From the human T2T-CHM13v2.0 reference genome, Homo sapiens, in the NCBI RefSeq assembly GCF_009914755.1, contig NC_060926.1: a DNA stretch of 64,000 nt; one strand, given 5' to 3'. The translations under genes and the position numbers were made by a program. The notes beneath the pieces are model-generated. The model saw only the letters and a list, made by a program, of their open reading frames with translations, was not told where the DNA came from and did no database searches. The first letter of the stretch is position 1; each line of letters starts with the position of its first letter. Of this stretch, positions 38,966 to 57,733 are shown piece by piece.

Positions 38966-41900
38966 AAAGTCTTCTCCTAAATTTAGGCAACATTCTATTT
39001 CAGTTGAGCTGTGTATAACTGGCCCATGGGTGCAGGGATCACGTTTTCCTACCTAGAAAGGGAAACATGATCTTACAAAGGAATTATTTGTCCTTGTATG
39101 ATTTGGTGACACAAAAATTCTCATTGGGGCATGAAAATAAAATATATTTAATGAAAAGATTTGATTGGAAAAAATAAAGTTACAGAAAACTAGGTTGTTT
39201 TCAGAGAATTCAACAAACTTAGGGTGAATAAACACTAAAGTTCTACTTCACAATTATAATTGAATCAACAAATGGATAGAAGCTATGAAGAACCAATTAG
39301 GTTGTGTCCTTACCTAATTTCTGGAATGCTAGTGTGAATAAGCCTGTGCCATGACAAATATCAGAACTGTGGACAATTATTGAATTTTAGTCTTAAAATC
39401 AGGGTACTTGCCTCAACTTCTAGAATCAAAAGATGTCACTTCATCATCTTGGAACATTTATTTTAATCTGTCCTGAATGTAATTATTTGATCAAGCTATT
39501 GTCACAAAATCCTATTAACTCAAAGAGTGATTGCATTATTCACTCCTTACTCATTTCTTGATTTCAGTGCTTATTAAATGAAAGTTTTCAGGCAGCCAAA
39601 ATGAAGGATAACCTTAAGGATTCTTCCTTCTTTTTAATTTTAGGAATTGTATACTGTAGTTTATCATAACAACATATCTAGGCTGCAGAAATTCAGGGAA
39701 GGCCTGAAGGTTTTAATAAAAATTAAAAACAAGACCCATCAAATGATCCAAACACTTCCTTTGCTTATCTTAAAACACAAGAATCAGAACCAGCAGAATG
39801 AGTTTTAGGCCTGGGAACAAAATGTCAGAGATAAAATTGGTATACTATTTTCACCCCTACGATCTACATGGTTGAGGGGGTTTGAAGGAAGTGAAGAATC
39901 AGATATGTTTCTGAACCAGGACTCAAAAACAAGTTTTATAATTGCAATATCTTCTTAAGAGCTCGGCGAAAATGGTTTTCATTTTCTTCTTAGATTCTTT
40001 TAAGAGGTGCCACATTGTAAATGATCATAATGGCACAAAATGTGAATTCATGTGGAAAAAACAGGCATTAATGATTCTGAATACAGAAAAGCTGGATTCT
40101 GAAGGGAAGAAGTCTTAACTAATTTACTTCAAAGTATTTTCCTTATGATGTATGAAAAAGAATGATAAGATAAAAATCTATTTAATTAAGACCAAAAACA
40201 TCTCTGTAGGTTTAAAATAAAATTTGTATGTGGTAAGAAAGCATTGTGTCATGGTTACTTATGGGCATTTTTTCTTGGTTAGTGATACATAAAATAATGG
40301 TATATACAATCAATGCTGTCTTAGGTTCAATTAAAGATGATGTGACTCCTACATCTACTTTATTTCCTAGGGCCTTTTTTTCCAAGTGATATGTTCCATC
40401 CACTGGGAGCAATTTTCAGCTGGCCAGACACCTTCCCATTATCCCCGAAGCAGTGTGATTTTATCCTTTTACATGAACAATGCCCTTAGGGAGAATGACA
40501 AAGATACTGGCTTTCTGAATGGCAATATACTGGATGGTCTTATCTATAACTTTCTCATTTTTCCTATACAAATGTTGGGTTCTATTTCTTGAATAAGTTC
40601 TACAGAACTCATGATTACAGTTTCATAAAAAAAAAGTGATCCAAGGTATAACAAAATATTTTTTTAACCTTGGGTTTTCAATATAACTACTCGAAATGAC
40701 TTTAAATGCTACACAAAATATATTTTTATATTAAACAAATCCACATTAAGAAGATGAAAATAATATAAAATGATTGCTTAAAAAATATGGGCATAATGTC
40801 CCCATATTACAGATTCTGGCTCCAAGTTTCTAAGTCATATAATGGGAATCATGTCTTCTGGAATATTTGGTTTAACGGTGTGTAGTGCCAGGGCTAGAAA
40901 ATGTGTTAAGTTGGTGAAACAACTACCCTTTCCCTTTTTTTAGTATTTCTAGAGTGTTACCCTTTGGGGCTCCCACCAGTTTGGAACCTGTTTTACTTAG
41001 AGTGTTTTCTAAAATAAGGCACCAAAATATGTGCTAGGGCTGCACATATTCAAAGTATGCTGCAGCTCTGGGAAGTTGGGCAGATTGAAGTAACCTTAGG
41101 GTCCATGAACCAGACCTCCTTCACAGCCACAGCACTGCAAGAGCTTCCTCTCTTCTTGTAAACCAAGCTATCAAAGATAACTGTTACATACATGTATATT
41201 CACCTCTGACACCTACAGCCAAGGAATGAGATGAGAACATGAAGGAAGAAGTTAGGCGCAGGAAAAATAAAGGGTGTTAGTAGTGTCCAGCTTGTAGAAA
41301 GAACTCAAATTATGACTCAGTCCAGTGAGCACTGAAGAAAATTCCTCAAGTTTCTCTCTGGGCCTCTTGCTTTCTAGTTCCAGCTCTCTTTCCATAGTCA
41401 AGGTTCCAAAGGCCCACCTCCTCTCCTCATCAAATGCTTTTTGCAAAAACAGATCTAAACTCTCAGATATACACATGACAGATAACTGCTTGAATTTCTC
41501 TTAGGAATCACTAGGTACTTCTAAATCACTGGAGAGTCAATCTGAAGTCAGATGCATACTCCCTGAATATTAGTCTTTCAGGTATCACTGGGCAGGAAGG
41601 GGAGGGAATGGAGAGAGATTCTGGGCCATGTGTGTAAGAGGGAGGGCAGCTTGTCTGAGAATCCAACAGGAACTCCCTTTTTTCTAGGCATCGTCCAGAG
41701 ATTTTGGTTACAATACTTGGAGGTAAAATTATATAGAGGGTAATGGTTTTCTCTTTGGCACATCAATCAACTCTGCTCTATGATCCTATAAACAGGAAAG
41801 AGTTGCCAAATTTGGGCACCAGAGGAATCCTTGGGGCTCTCAGCAGTCTCCTCTTCTTACCACAATGCAAAGCAAACAAGAGTTGAAATGAGAAACCAGA

Positions 41901-42072
41901 GGGCAATTAGTGTCCTTTTTTTCCTTCTCCTCTCATGTATCCATTTAGGCTTTAATGCACTTTAAAGAATTCAGAACACTGAGCACCAATAAATGCTTAC
42001 TTTTCAAGGGAAAAGAATCCAAGAATGTCAAATTTGGAGGCCTTTGAGATGGTTTAGTCCAGATGTCAGACA

Positions 42073-42790
42073 TCATTCATTTAGTAATTATTTACAAATT
42101 CAGTAATTATTTACAAATACCAATTATATGCCAGACACTGTTCTGAGAACTAGCTACAGATCAGTGAAACAAAAGAAGAAAAAAAAAATCCTTGTCCTGT
42201 CCTTGAGATGAGACAGGTGCATGTAATATATAATAATTAAAGTATTTAGTATGCTAGATGTGCTATGGAAAGAGTACAGGAAAGCTAGGGAGATGAGGAG
42301 TAATGAGGTGAGAGATGGCAGTTGAAATCTGAAATAGGATCATCAAGGTAGGCCTTTCTGAGAATGTGACATTTGAGAAAAGAGTGTGAGGAAATGAGCA
42401 AGTTAGCCATCTGGATTATTTGAAGGGGAGGCAGGGGCAAAGACAGTCCAGACAGTACACATATGTGCTAAGACAGGAGCGCCTCACCTGTGTAAGGTTT
42501 AAGGACATTTCTATGGCTGGAGAAAAATGATCCTGGAGGAAAGGTGAGAGGTAAGAGTAGAGTGAGGGGAAGTGGTTGGTGGGGCCAGATCACATGGGCC
42601 ATGTAGACTCTTGAAAGGACTTCTGAGGGAAATAGGGAGCCACTGGAGGATTTTGAGCAGAGAAGGGATATAACTTGACTTATACTTTACAGGATCACTC
42701 TAGCTACTCTGTGGAGAACAGATTGTAGAGATAAGGGTGCTACCAGGGAGGCTACTGTGGTTCCCGGCAAAGGATGATGGTGCCTCAGGA
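42073..42790 (-). mobile_element. L2 element, 3' portion
   Basis: cattcattt...tatgccagacactgttctgag...gggagccactggaggattttgagcag...aggatcactctagct. Confidence 0.8.
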
Positions 42791-45394
42791 CAGGATAGTA
42801 ACACTTAGGAAGACAGAGTATAGAGTGATAGACGCTGGCCCATGGGTAGATGTGGTCATGGGAGTCTGCGGAGAGTCTCTTCTGATTGCTTCTATTTTCT
42901 CAGGGAGACAGGAAGCAAAGCAAGATCATCAGCTGACAGTAAGACACAGGAGGGGAGGCACTGGACATCTGAATGGGGAGAAGAAGGCTTGACTGAAGTA
43001 GCTAAGACAGTGGCAGAGGAAATGGACTAGGGAAATACAGATTGACTTATGACATCATCAAGTGCCTACTACTTAATATTGCCTCTGTATCCACAGCTCT
43101 CAAATCTCCAGGCAGCCTCTATTGATTGATCTGAGTTGGCAGATGAGTTGGCAGGTGAGAGAATGTATATTTGCTAGTTCTAATCTAATCTAATTCTGCT
43201 TTAGTAAACTGAGGCCTAGACAGTGCCTTTTAAACATCTATCTATCTTTGGGGAGGGTTTAAATTATGAATTACCAATCAGCTATGGCTCCAGTAAGGAA
43301 AACATATACAGTACCTATTTAAATATCATGTAGCAAGAGGGCCTGACAACTAATGCTCTTGGGAATTGATGCTATAAGAGAAGGGTATGAAGAGCTGCAG
43401 ATGAGTGCCTGAAACAAGAGCTTTATTAACACAGCAGGAAGAAGATACCTGCTGGCTGGATTTTCACTGAACTCATAGCTCTTTGCATTTGGGCTCAAGG
43501 TCTTAATCTTCTACAAGTAGTGACTTCAGTTTCTAAAGGTTTCAAGGGGATCATCCAGTGCTTGTCTTTTGAATAGACTGGCATGACTTTTAAACAGGAC
43601 CCAACCAAATCACATTTGATTTCAAGAAATTGAAGGGATAATTAAGAAAGTGTTAGTCACTACTGAATGTAGTGTATATGCTTTCTTCGGAATTTTAAGG
43701 GGGGAGAAAGGCCCATTAAGTCATCTTAAAAGGGCTCTTGCTGTAAAATGAAAGGTGGAGAAGGGGTAAATCTGAAATGCAAATGAATTTCCTGTTTCAC
43801 CAGAAATTCAGTATTATCTAATGAATGCTGAGTAATTGAAGCACTTATTGTCATTTCTGCACCCACACTGGGAAATGGTTTCTGACCTTTAGATTCCCTA
43901 CTCTTCTGAATTGCTTCTCATCAGCTCTCTCTTTATTCTCACTCCCACTCAGTTTACTTCTTGGAAGGCCTGTTGACCTTTACCTTTTTGTCATGTACAG
44001 AATACAGAATGGTTATGTATATAAGGTATCATTAACATCATAAGGTTACATGCAATTGTAAAAGAAGATGAGGGATAACTTACACAGGACATAGTCCTTG
44101 CTAGATTTTATCAAGACCCTCATTTTCTAGTGGTATATCACCTTTGGAAAAGCCAGGCCATTCTGAAGTAGGTCTTTGTCTTTCCAGTCTAGAAATAATT
44201 GTTATGTCAAGTTCAGTGATAAAATGAATGGCTGCCATTGGCTGAGGACCCACTGTGGGGCATGGAGCTAGTGGGCATCTCTCCAGTCATCTCACAACAA
44301 CCTTGCTCATCTCTTCCTTTTAATTATTTTACTGTGCATACTCATGAGATCTGAAACTCATGTACGTTGGCACCTTTAACATAACTACACTAGTTCTTCC
44401 TATAAAGTTTTCTAATGATAGTGGAACTTTTAAATTCAGTTTAGTTTTTGACATTTTATTTGTCTTTTTGAGAAGCCAGTAGGACTTCAAAATGTTGGGC
44501 TTTTCCAATAGACAGCTAAAAATGTAGACCTGAAGTTTACAAAAATGATTAGAGCTAAAGGTATAGATGGGAAAGTCATCAATGCTGAAGTGATAGTCAT
44601 TATGTGGAAATTTAGCAAAGGAAAGATACTTGGAGGCATGCTAAGTGGTTGAAAAAGGCATCTTGGAAGATTTTCATGTTTAGGTGGTGGGAAGAGAAAC
44701 ACAAGCCAGAAAAGAATCCCTCAGGGACAATGAGAAAAGCAGAGCAGCAGACCCTGTGAAGTTATGGAAGTGAAATGAATGGATCCTGAAGGTATTTCAA
44801 ATGGTTTGGACTATCAGGGCCAAAAAAGAACTTCTGGAAATCTGGACTTGGACAAAATCAGTCATCCTTAAGGGGCTGGATTCAGCAAAGAGGTAGATGA
44901 AAAACCCAGGTTCTAGGGTCCTCTTTTATTTCATGGGAGTGATACAGAATCCGGATCACTTTAGAAATAAAGCAAAATAATTTTTCTGAAGATGTGAACA
45001 GTGAAGTGATGTGTCTGTCACACACTAAAAACATAAAAGATGATGCATGAATAAAATAGGGAACAGCATCACTAGTTAATGCCCACATAATATCATAATT
45101 CTATACCTAATCCAAATTTGATGAACAAAATATATTTAGAGCATAAATAAAACATTTTCAATTGTTCATAATATATTCTCCAATGCACTGTATTTGTCTT
45201 GGTTTGAAAAATCCATAAAGATTTTATGTAATTTAAATAAGCAATGAAGAGAGGAAGAGGAGGAAAAGGATTTCAATATGGCCCAGAGAGAGAGACAGAG
45301 AAAGAGACATAAATCCCAGTTAATCTAAGGGAAGACTTTTAAGTCATAGTTCCTCATTCTGGCGACTTATCTGTTACTTATTTCCAGGTGCTAA

Positions 45395-45788
<394 letters not shown>

Positions 45789-47572
45789 TGAAGGCATTAG
45801 GAGCACCTCAAAGAAAGCAAGATGGAGCATTAACAAGTGAAGACTCTTCTTCTTTTCTTTTCTTTCTTCTTGCTTGCTCTTTTCTCTTTCTGCATCAACA
45901 ATTTCAAATTCTTGGGCAGAGTATTGCTTGAACTCAGAGTTCCTGTTTATGCAACAGTGCTGCCTTCTGCTATCAGCCACATGTAGACTTAGTTGAGGAG
46001 TCCTATGTGTAGATTCATAAATTTAGGGCAACAAAGCATGTGTGTGTAGGGGGGTTGGGCAAGAGAGCTAAGGCTAAGTCAGGGCCAGAAGTTGCCTGTA
46101 AGTAGCTCTGTAAAGCACCCATGTCTGATTTGTGGAGGTGACATCATCATTAGCTGCAGATCAATACTGACCAGAATTTAAGGTACTATGCCATAGCTTT
46201 AAGTCTTCATAATTTAAAGATGACTAAGTTGTCTCTTCTCTGTAGGTCTCTACTTTGAGTTAGATGACTTCAGAAATGATCACACATTTCATGTCAAATT
46301 TCCAGGCCTCAAATTCCTGTTCCCAGTGATATGAGTACCCACAGATAATTCACTGGTAAGATCACCGAGTGACCCAGGAATGAAACCTTCCATTGAAGAT
46401 GTTTATTTAGAGCTGTATCCACTGTCCACAGCCAAGGGAAATAGCCTTTTCTAGACTGGATATATTTGACCAGTAGATGGAGTAAGTGGATCCCAGAACC
46501 ACCAACTAACCACCCAGAACCTGCTGATCAATGCTGTTGTCTTTCAATATTCTATCAAAAAGGGACAATGCCATCACCAGCAACTAAATCTTGAGCTTAA
46601 GGTGCATCTTCGGCAGGTGAATGTCATGTGTGACAGTTGCTCATGGATGAATGAATAACCGAAAGGGGCACCAGCAGTAGCAAAGTACTAAGATACTGAG
46701 GAAACTTGGGGTACTTAACCAAAGTCCCTTCATTTCTTCACAATTATGCTTAACACCAACCAGCCCAGCATCTGACAAACAATCCCAAGCACATTTTTTC
46801 CCCCGTCATCTCAAATATTTTTTCAAAAGTGATCATTTTACTCTGTGTTTTGGTAGAAGGGGCGAAGTCCACTTTGCAGCTGGTACAACAGAAACTAGAG
46901 CTGCATCAATTCTCTCACACTGCCAAGCCTTTCTTCTGGCAGAAGCGCTGGGGATATTACACTGGGGATAATTCATCAAGCTTGCTTTGGGTGTTCCAAA
47001 TTTGCAAGCTGTGGCTAATTTCCAGAGACTTCAGGGCAATAATCTCTGCTTTCCTAAAAGAAAAACAGTAACCACACCACCTTTCAATTAAATGGGTCAT
47101 GGAAAATGAATAGCCACAGATGATCACAGATATTCAGAAATCCTCAGAAAACCTAAGTGTGTAGCCAGTGGTAGAAATGATGACTGTGTGGCTGAAGAAG
47201 TCCCATTTGATGAGGGCTAGGAATCCGGCATCTGCGTCTGCCTCCACATTTGTTTCTCCCCATACATTTTCCATGTATGAATATGCACACACATGCACAT
47301 GTGAAGCCTCACATGTTCAAGACCAAAACATATTGCTGGATATTAACAAAAGGAATTATAGCCTCTTCAGCTATGAATCAGGTGAAGTTTTCCTCACAGT
47401 CTCTGGAGTCTGCTTTGCCCACAGAAAAGCAGACTTCCTTCCCAGGTCAGTAAGCCATGCTGGAGAGTTGCCCTCAACCCCGCAACTCTCCCCAAATATA
47501 TCTGCTGTCTTTTATGCTTTCCAGGCCCCGTGTTCAGAAGTTGTTTAGCAGATCATTTCTTTGTACACTATC

Positions 47573-47874
47573 TTTTTTTTTTTTTTTCCTCTTTTCTGAG
47601 ATGGAGTCTTACACTGTCTCCTGGGCTGGAGTGCAATGGCGCAATCTTGGCTCACTGCAACCTCCGCCTCCTAGGTTCAAGTATTCTCCTGCCTCCGCCT
47701 CCCGAGTAGCTGGGATTACAGGTGCCCAACACCACACCTGGCTAATTTTTTTTTTTTGTATTTTTAGTAGACACGGGGTTTCGCCAGGCTGGTCTCGAAC
47801 TCCTGACTTCCTGATCCGCCTGCCTTGGCCTCCCAAAGTGCTGGGATTACAGGCGTGAGCCACTGCATCCGGCC
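47573..47874 (-). mobile_element. AluS SINE
   Basis: Reverse dimeric Alu; small deletion at ggggtttcgccaggctgg. Confidence 0.92.
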
Positions 47875-48317
47875 TGTTTGTTTGTATATTATCTTAACTC
47901 ATATAATGGATCAGTATTTTTTTGAGAATTTCCAGGCCAACATTCAGAAGAATAACATATGGTAGGCATTTTAAGCAATTAATGGATAAAGGAAGGGATA
48001 TTTGAGGGCTGTCTCATCCCAAACTACCTTAGTTTTTTACTCTGGATTTTCCTTTCTATGGATATGTCAATGATTTTACCGGATCAATTCTCATGGAGCA
48101 GTGGACTAGTTTGGGATGGTCCCTACTTTCAATTTCAGGAACACTGTAAAGTCAAACAGAACCTTATGAGTTTTATATTTGCTAGTTCTTTTTGTGCTAT
48201 GTATTTATTATATGTGTAATTTAATAGTTTCAATTCTTTTCTCTGCTAAAGTATTTATGAGTTGTAGCACAGAGAAAGAGCTCAATATATGCTAATTATT
48301 ATTATTAATATTATTAT

Positions 48318-48923
<606 letters not shown>

Positions 48924-49145
48924 TATGTTAGCTACTATTATTATTATTACCTTATAATTGCTAAAGCCATCTACCTGAAAATCTATTCCAATCATTCCAT
49001 AGTTCTCAGCTCCAAAACCAGTGGAGATTTGTTTTTTCATAATCCTACCAAACTCCTCTGCACTGGTGTCATATCTGACAAAATACCCAGAATTAATTGC
49101 CAATGGGTGATCATGGGTTGACATATAAGCCTTCCCAGTGTATGC

Positions 49146-50556
49146 TTTTTTTTTTTTTTTTTTACAATTTTTTAAAAATTTTACTTTAAACTCTGGGATA
49201 CATGTGCAGAACGTGCAAGTTTGTTACATAGGTAGACGTGTGCCATGGTGGTTTGCTGCACCTGTTGACCCATCCTCTAAGTTTCCTCCCCTCAACACCC
49301 ACCCACCGACAGGCCCTGGTGTGTGGTGTTCCCCCTCCCTGTGTCCATGTGTTCTCAATGTTCAACTCCCCCTTATGAGTGAGAACATGTGGTGTTTGGT
49401 TTTCTGTTCCTGAGTTAGTTTGCTGAAGATGATGGCTTCCAGCTTCATCCATGTCCTTGCAAAGGACATGATCTCATTCTTTTCATGGTTGCAGAGTATT
49501 CCATGGTGTATATGTACCACATTTTCTTTATCTAGTCTATCATTGATGGGCATTTGTATTGGCTCCATGACTGCTATTGGAAATAGTACTTCAATAAACA
49601 TACATGTGCATGTGTCTTTATAGTAGAATGATTTATATTCCTTTGAGTGTATACCCTGTAATGGGATTGCTTGATCAAATGGTATTTCTGATTCTAGATC
49701 CTTGAGGAATCGCCACACTGTCTTCCACAATGGCTGAACTAATTTAAATTCCCATCAACAGTGTAAATGCATTCCTATTTCTCCATTGTGTCGCCAGTCT
49801 CTATTGTTTCTTGACTTTTTAATAATTGCCACTCTGAATGGCATGAGATGGAATCTCACTGTGGTTTTGATTTGCATTTCTCTAATGACCAGTGATGTTG
49901 GGCTTCTTTTCATATTTTTGTTGGCTGCATGAATGTCTTCTTTAGGAAGTGTCTGTTCAGATCCTTCGCCCACTTTTTGATGGGGTTATTTTTTTCTTGT
50001 AAATTTGTTTACAATCTTTGTAGATTCTGGATATTAGATCTTTGTCAGATGGATGGATCGCAAAAATTTTCTCCCATTCTGTAGGTTGCCTGTTCACTCT
50101 GAGGATAGTTTCTTTTGCTATGCCGAAGCTTTTTAGTTTAATTGGATCCCATTTCTCAATTTTGACTTTTGTTGCCATTGCTTTTGGTGTTTTCGTCATG
50201 AAGTCTTTGCCCATGCCTAGATATTGCCTAGGTTTTCTTTTAGGGTTTTTATGGTTTGGGGTTTTACATTAAAGTCTTGAATCCATCTTGAGTTGATTTT
50301 TGTATAAGGTGTAAGGAAGTGGTCCAGTTTCAGTTTTCTGCATATGGCTAACCAGTTTTTCTACCACCATTTATTGAATAGGATATCATTTCCCCATTGC
50401 TTGTTTCTGTCAGGTTTGTCAAAGATCTGATGGTTGTAGATGTGTGGTGTTATTTCTGAGGTCTCTGTTTTGTTCCATTGGTTTATATATCTGTTTTGGT
50501 ACCAGTACCATGCTGTTTTGATTACTGTAGGCTTGTAGTATAATTTGAAGTCAGGT
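49146..50556 (-). mobile_element. 5'-truncated primate L1 (L1PA), ORF2 C-terminus plus 3' UTR
   Basis: Poly-T at 49146; ORF2 peptides [12 protein letters not shown] and MWKTVWRFLKDLE in the ORF track. Confidence 0.93.
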
Positions 50557-51579
50557 GCATGTTATTTCTTGACCTGAATCTTTCCTTTGGGCTTCAGTTT
50601 TTATTAGGCTTTTCCTTTGTCCTGTATAGTTTCTTGGATGCTTCTCTTCTCTACACTCAAGGTTTTCTTTCTGTTGTTGTTGTGTAGGCAACACAATAGA
50701 TGTCATCTTTTGGGAGGCTTCCTAATGCTGCTTTTGGTGTTCTTGTGAGCTCAGAGGATTCCTACTTTAGAGTGAACTGTAATGTCAACCTCTACCCTAG
50801 ACAATGAGTAGGAACCATATTCAATAGAATAAGAAGGTGAGGCTTTGCTAAAATTATCCCATCTGTCAGTCTGTGAAACCAGTAGTTTGAAGATTGTAAT
50901 CACAACATTGACACACATAATGTTAATTTCAAGCAGTTACATAACTTAATTGATAAGTCAATCTAAATCATACCTGCATGGCAACAGAACTAGGGTTAGA
51001 AAGTGAAAAATATTGTTAAGTAACCATATACTTCTCTTAGATTTGATCTGGCAGCAGACATTTCTGTATTCTGAGAAAAAAATAGCTGTGGTAAACAGAT
51101 TGTGTGAAGGCATGCATTTGCATCCAGGCCTACAGGACCAATATTAAGAGAAAGGGAACAATTAATTTGTCTCAGTGGGGTAGTAAAGAGACACAGCCTT
51201 CAGAGTACTATGGGAGGTTATATTTCAACTTCTTACAGTTAGTTTTAAATCTAACTGTAAGACTGGCATTGTTATTAATGAAAGTTTCAGCTAAGAATGA
51301 ATTAGATCTAAGTTACACTTTATCAGTATTTATTCTTCCTGCTACCTATTAAGGGCACCTGAACTGCTAGGCTTACATAAAAATGTCCCATTTCCTGTTG
51401 CTAGCTGTGCTTTCCTTTGATAAACTCATTACAAATTGCATGTAATTACTGTATTGTGAAGAAGGGAGTGGCAATAAATTAGGCACAGAATTTTTGAATA
51501 AAACTAGGCAGCTAGAAAGACTGTTTCTAAATAACAAAAAATTTGATATGACCAAGTAGGTTAAAATTACCATTACATA

Positions 51580-51716
51580 TTTGATTGGTACAAAATTAAT
51601 TGTGGTTTTTACAATTACTTTTTAACATTTTGCCGCTACTTTTACTATTTTGCCATTACTTTTAATATGGCCCATTTTTAATGGCAAAATCTGCAATTAA
51701 TTTTGCACCAACCTAA
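51580..51716. mobile_element. MADE1 (Hsmar1-derived MITE) with an internally expanded centre, TA-flanked
   Basis: TIRs tttgattggtacaaaattaattgtggttttt / aaaatctgcaattaattttgcaccaacctaa. Confidence 0.85.
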
Positions 51717-53924
51717 TATTATCGTATATGGAATTTTCTGTATATAAAGCAAAGGGAAAAAAAAGGAGGCATATAGACCTTAGCTTATGTACTTTATGAT
51801 TATAAATGATTACATTTATCTAGTGACCATAATGCTTTATGAAAGATGAAAACATTCTTCTGGGGGAAAAAAAAAAAAACTAATTAACATCCTTGCTTGC
51901 AGAGATTGGTAGACCTGTTTCTTCTATTTTAGATTTCAGCAGGACACCTCTATCGTTGGATGAAAAATGCTGACTTGCATGTTCTGGGAATCTGGGCTCA
52001 CCCCGAGGCTAATAGCACAGTGCCCTGGCTGTGTGCCCAACGTTTGTGGCAGGGAGTTACCCCTGAGTGCTTTTTTTAACTTATACTAAAGTTTTGACTT
52101 AGAAAGCAATATTAGCTAGTGCTTCACAGGAAACTGGGCTTTCCCTCTGTAACACTCAAAGTCAAATCCTATTTCTACCTGCAACCCTTGATTGGCCTCC
52201 TTGGTCTGATATAATCTCCATAATCATAAAGATCTTTGTTGGAGAAGTTAAGCAGGGAAGACTACATGTAGGATTCTCCTAATGTGGGGGAACCCAAGTT
52301 TTGTGCCCCTTTCAATTGGGATGCTGGAGCGGAGTTGGGTCATGGAGATTAATCTTTAGAGGTGTGTGTTCATAGAGGAGAAACCATTGAGAACAAGGAA
52401 AAAGGAAAAGTGGAGAAGCACAGCTCTTGTTTGACCTTGGAGGCTTTTTACATGGAATTAAAATTCAGAAACTGGCTGAGGTTACAAGGAGTAATTGTGG
52501 CAATTGCCTCATCCCTACTGTCAGCACATGGCAAAGTTTGCTATGGACAGAATTGCAGGGAGTTCTTTCAAAACAGTTCAAAATATTGTCAAGATTTTCT
52601 TCAATTTCTCATCAACCTTTAAGAGCTCATTGAAGACATTAGATATTTTGTGCCCAACTCAATGTTGCAGAGAATTTCAGGGCAAGAGAAATAGAAATGA
52701 AGTTGAAATATACCCATGTAGTTTCCTTCAGCGATACTATCTGGTATATAAGAAAACTTACAAACATTTTTTAAGAGGCCTCAGGCATTACAATTATAAG
52801 TTTTTTTCTTCTCTTCAGACTTTTATTCTAATAAGTTGTTAGCCAATCAAACAAGCAAAGGTGTTTTAAAATACTTCAGTTTATAGCAATAATGATTTTT
52901 AAGTTTGAGAAATAGAAAAGAATCAAATCAGTATCTTAATTAGCAAAACCTAGTTGATGAGAGAGATGTGCTGGTTAGGGCAAAATTTGACTAAAATTGT
53001 GCCAAATAAATAAGATTTTTTTCTTATCTGAGATTGATAGATCTCTATTTCTTATGTATAATTTTTTATCTCAGGCCAATGAGCCCAAAGTTTCTTGGCT
53101 CTTGTTATATCTTTGAACCTGTGACCTTTCAACTGGCTAGCAATGGGCATGAAAAGGAGAATAATTGTTGCTGAAACAAAATAGGCTTTTTTTTTTTTTG
53201 AGGAAAAAGAAGAAAGAGAAAGAGACAAAGGAAAAGGAGAAAGACAAGAGAGGAAGAAGCAGGAGGAAAACAGTGGAGAGAAGAAGAAAAAAGAGAAAAA
53301 ATAAATTACAGCTATCTGGGCTTCCATGGGAGTGCCAACTCTGACAGCTGAGACATCTCTGACTTGGCTCTTTCACCTCTTGTGCAAGGGAAGAACAGCA
53401 CTATTTTTAAAGGAGGTCATTAGTGAGTCATGTTTAAGCTCAATGCTTAGCCATCATCGCCATTTGGGTGCTTGTTGGGAAGGCCCTAAATTGAGCGGCC
53501 TTTGGGCACAGATCTCTGTGCACTTTGTTTGCCACTTGCTGGCTAGCTGATCTGGAGACTAGTTGAATTTTGCAGTTTTTCTGTTTTATTTTCCTGACAA
53601 AGCAGTCGTTCCATTAAGAAAAAAGCACTCAGCTATTAATTTCTGCTAACTCCTAACCTGGTCAATGAATTATAAGAATGTGCAGTTTTATGTCTATTTT
53701 AGGGCATGGATGTGGGGGTGGTGAAAAGTCTTCTTGGCTTGGAGCTCTCTCTATTTGTCTCGCTCTTTCTAGTTCTTTTTTGTTCATCCTTTTCCTGACA
53801 GGCTGCTTGATGCTTACAGAATGATGCAAGATTGTAACAGATTCAGACTAGATGAGGAAGAGAAAGAGCTTAGTAAAAGCCCACTTCTTAATAGTTGAAT
53901 TTTTTTTTCTTAAAAAAAAAAGTC

Positions 53925-56562
<2,638 letters not shown>

Positions 56563-57733
56563 GTCTGAGTGTCTTAAGTATTAGTCATTGCTATTTGGAT
56601 GGTTTCTTTTCCAGGGAAAATATTAAAACTGTCTTGTACCTCTCTATTCCTTTTCTTTCTCCCTAGGTTTTGGAAATCACTAGTGGGTAAAAAAGACCAA
56701 TTTGCAACTAGGCTCTCATGCTCTGTTGAAAACTATGTCACAATATCACAATACTAGATGCTGGGCTCAAGACAGCAAACAGAAAGCAGTAAGTTACACA
56801 TATAAATGACAAATATCTGATTCACTTCAATTAAGTAACTATTTTTTTTTAATCACAAGAACTGCTTTTTCCCGAATCTGTTGGATTGTCAGTGTATTAG
56901 AAGTGAGCATGTTCTAATTTATAATAGGAGAAGTTGGAGAGGATGAGCAAGAGGTTTGCCCCATTTCTGTAACCATCAGAGACAAAGCAGGAGGAGCCTC
57001 CAAAAATTAGAGCAGACCTTGCCCTAAAATGACATAAGTAGCTATTTAAGTGATGTGGGCCCAGCATGGTATAGCCATAAATACATCCACCACAACTGTA
57101 TTAAAGGGCCTGGAATGTTCGCTTCGTAGGGACTCATACATGATGTTGCTCGGCAGTGAAATGATAGCTAATTGTCTAGTGCGGTGGATTACTGTAGCCA
57201 ATCACTTAGCACCATACTCTTTTAATTGAATAGCAAACGTATAGGCTTGGGATGAGATGAGGCTGTCTAGTATGGGTTGGCATCCTGGGGAGGTCTGAAA
57301 AGACAGAGGCCCGATTAAAAGGCTTCAGGAGGCAGAGTCAGAGAGGCCAACAGTGTACTTTGTCTCTCATAAGATTTGCTTGGAATCTGCTCAACGCTAA
57401 AAGCCCCTATTTAGAACTGGAGGTTCCCAAGAGATACATTTCCATCATTTTGTGAGAAAAGAGGCAGAATACGAGGGAGATAACACAGACGTCATAGCTG
57501 GAGAATAAGAATGATTTAATGTGTTCTTGGCACTGTGCTAAGTGGCTTGAGGTTCACACACCTCATCTGATCCATGGTTACCATGGCTGTGCAGCTCCAT
57601 CATCCACGGAAATGAAAAAAATACATAATTGCCTACCTGTTTCAACCCATCACCCACTAGACAAACTGATTGCTTAGGCTTTGAGTTAGAGCTAGGCAAG
57701 TGATATTTTTAAAGCTGCACAAGTGATTCTGAA

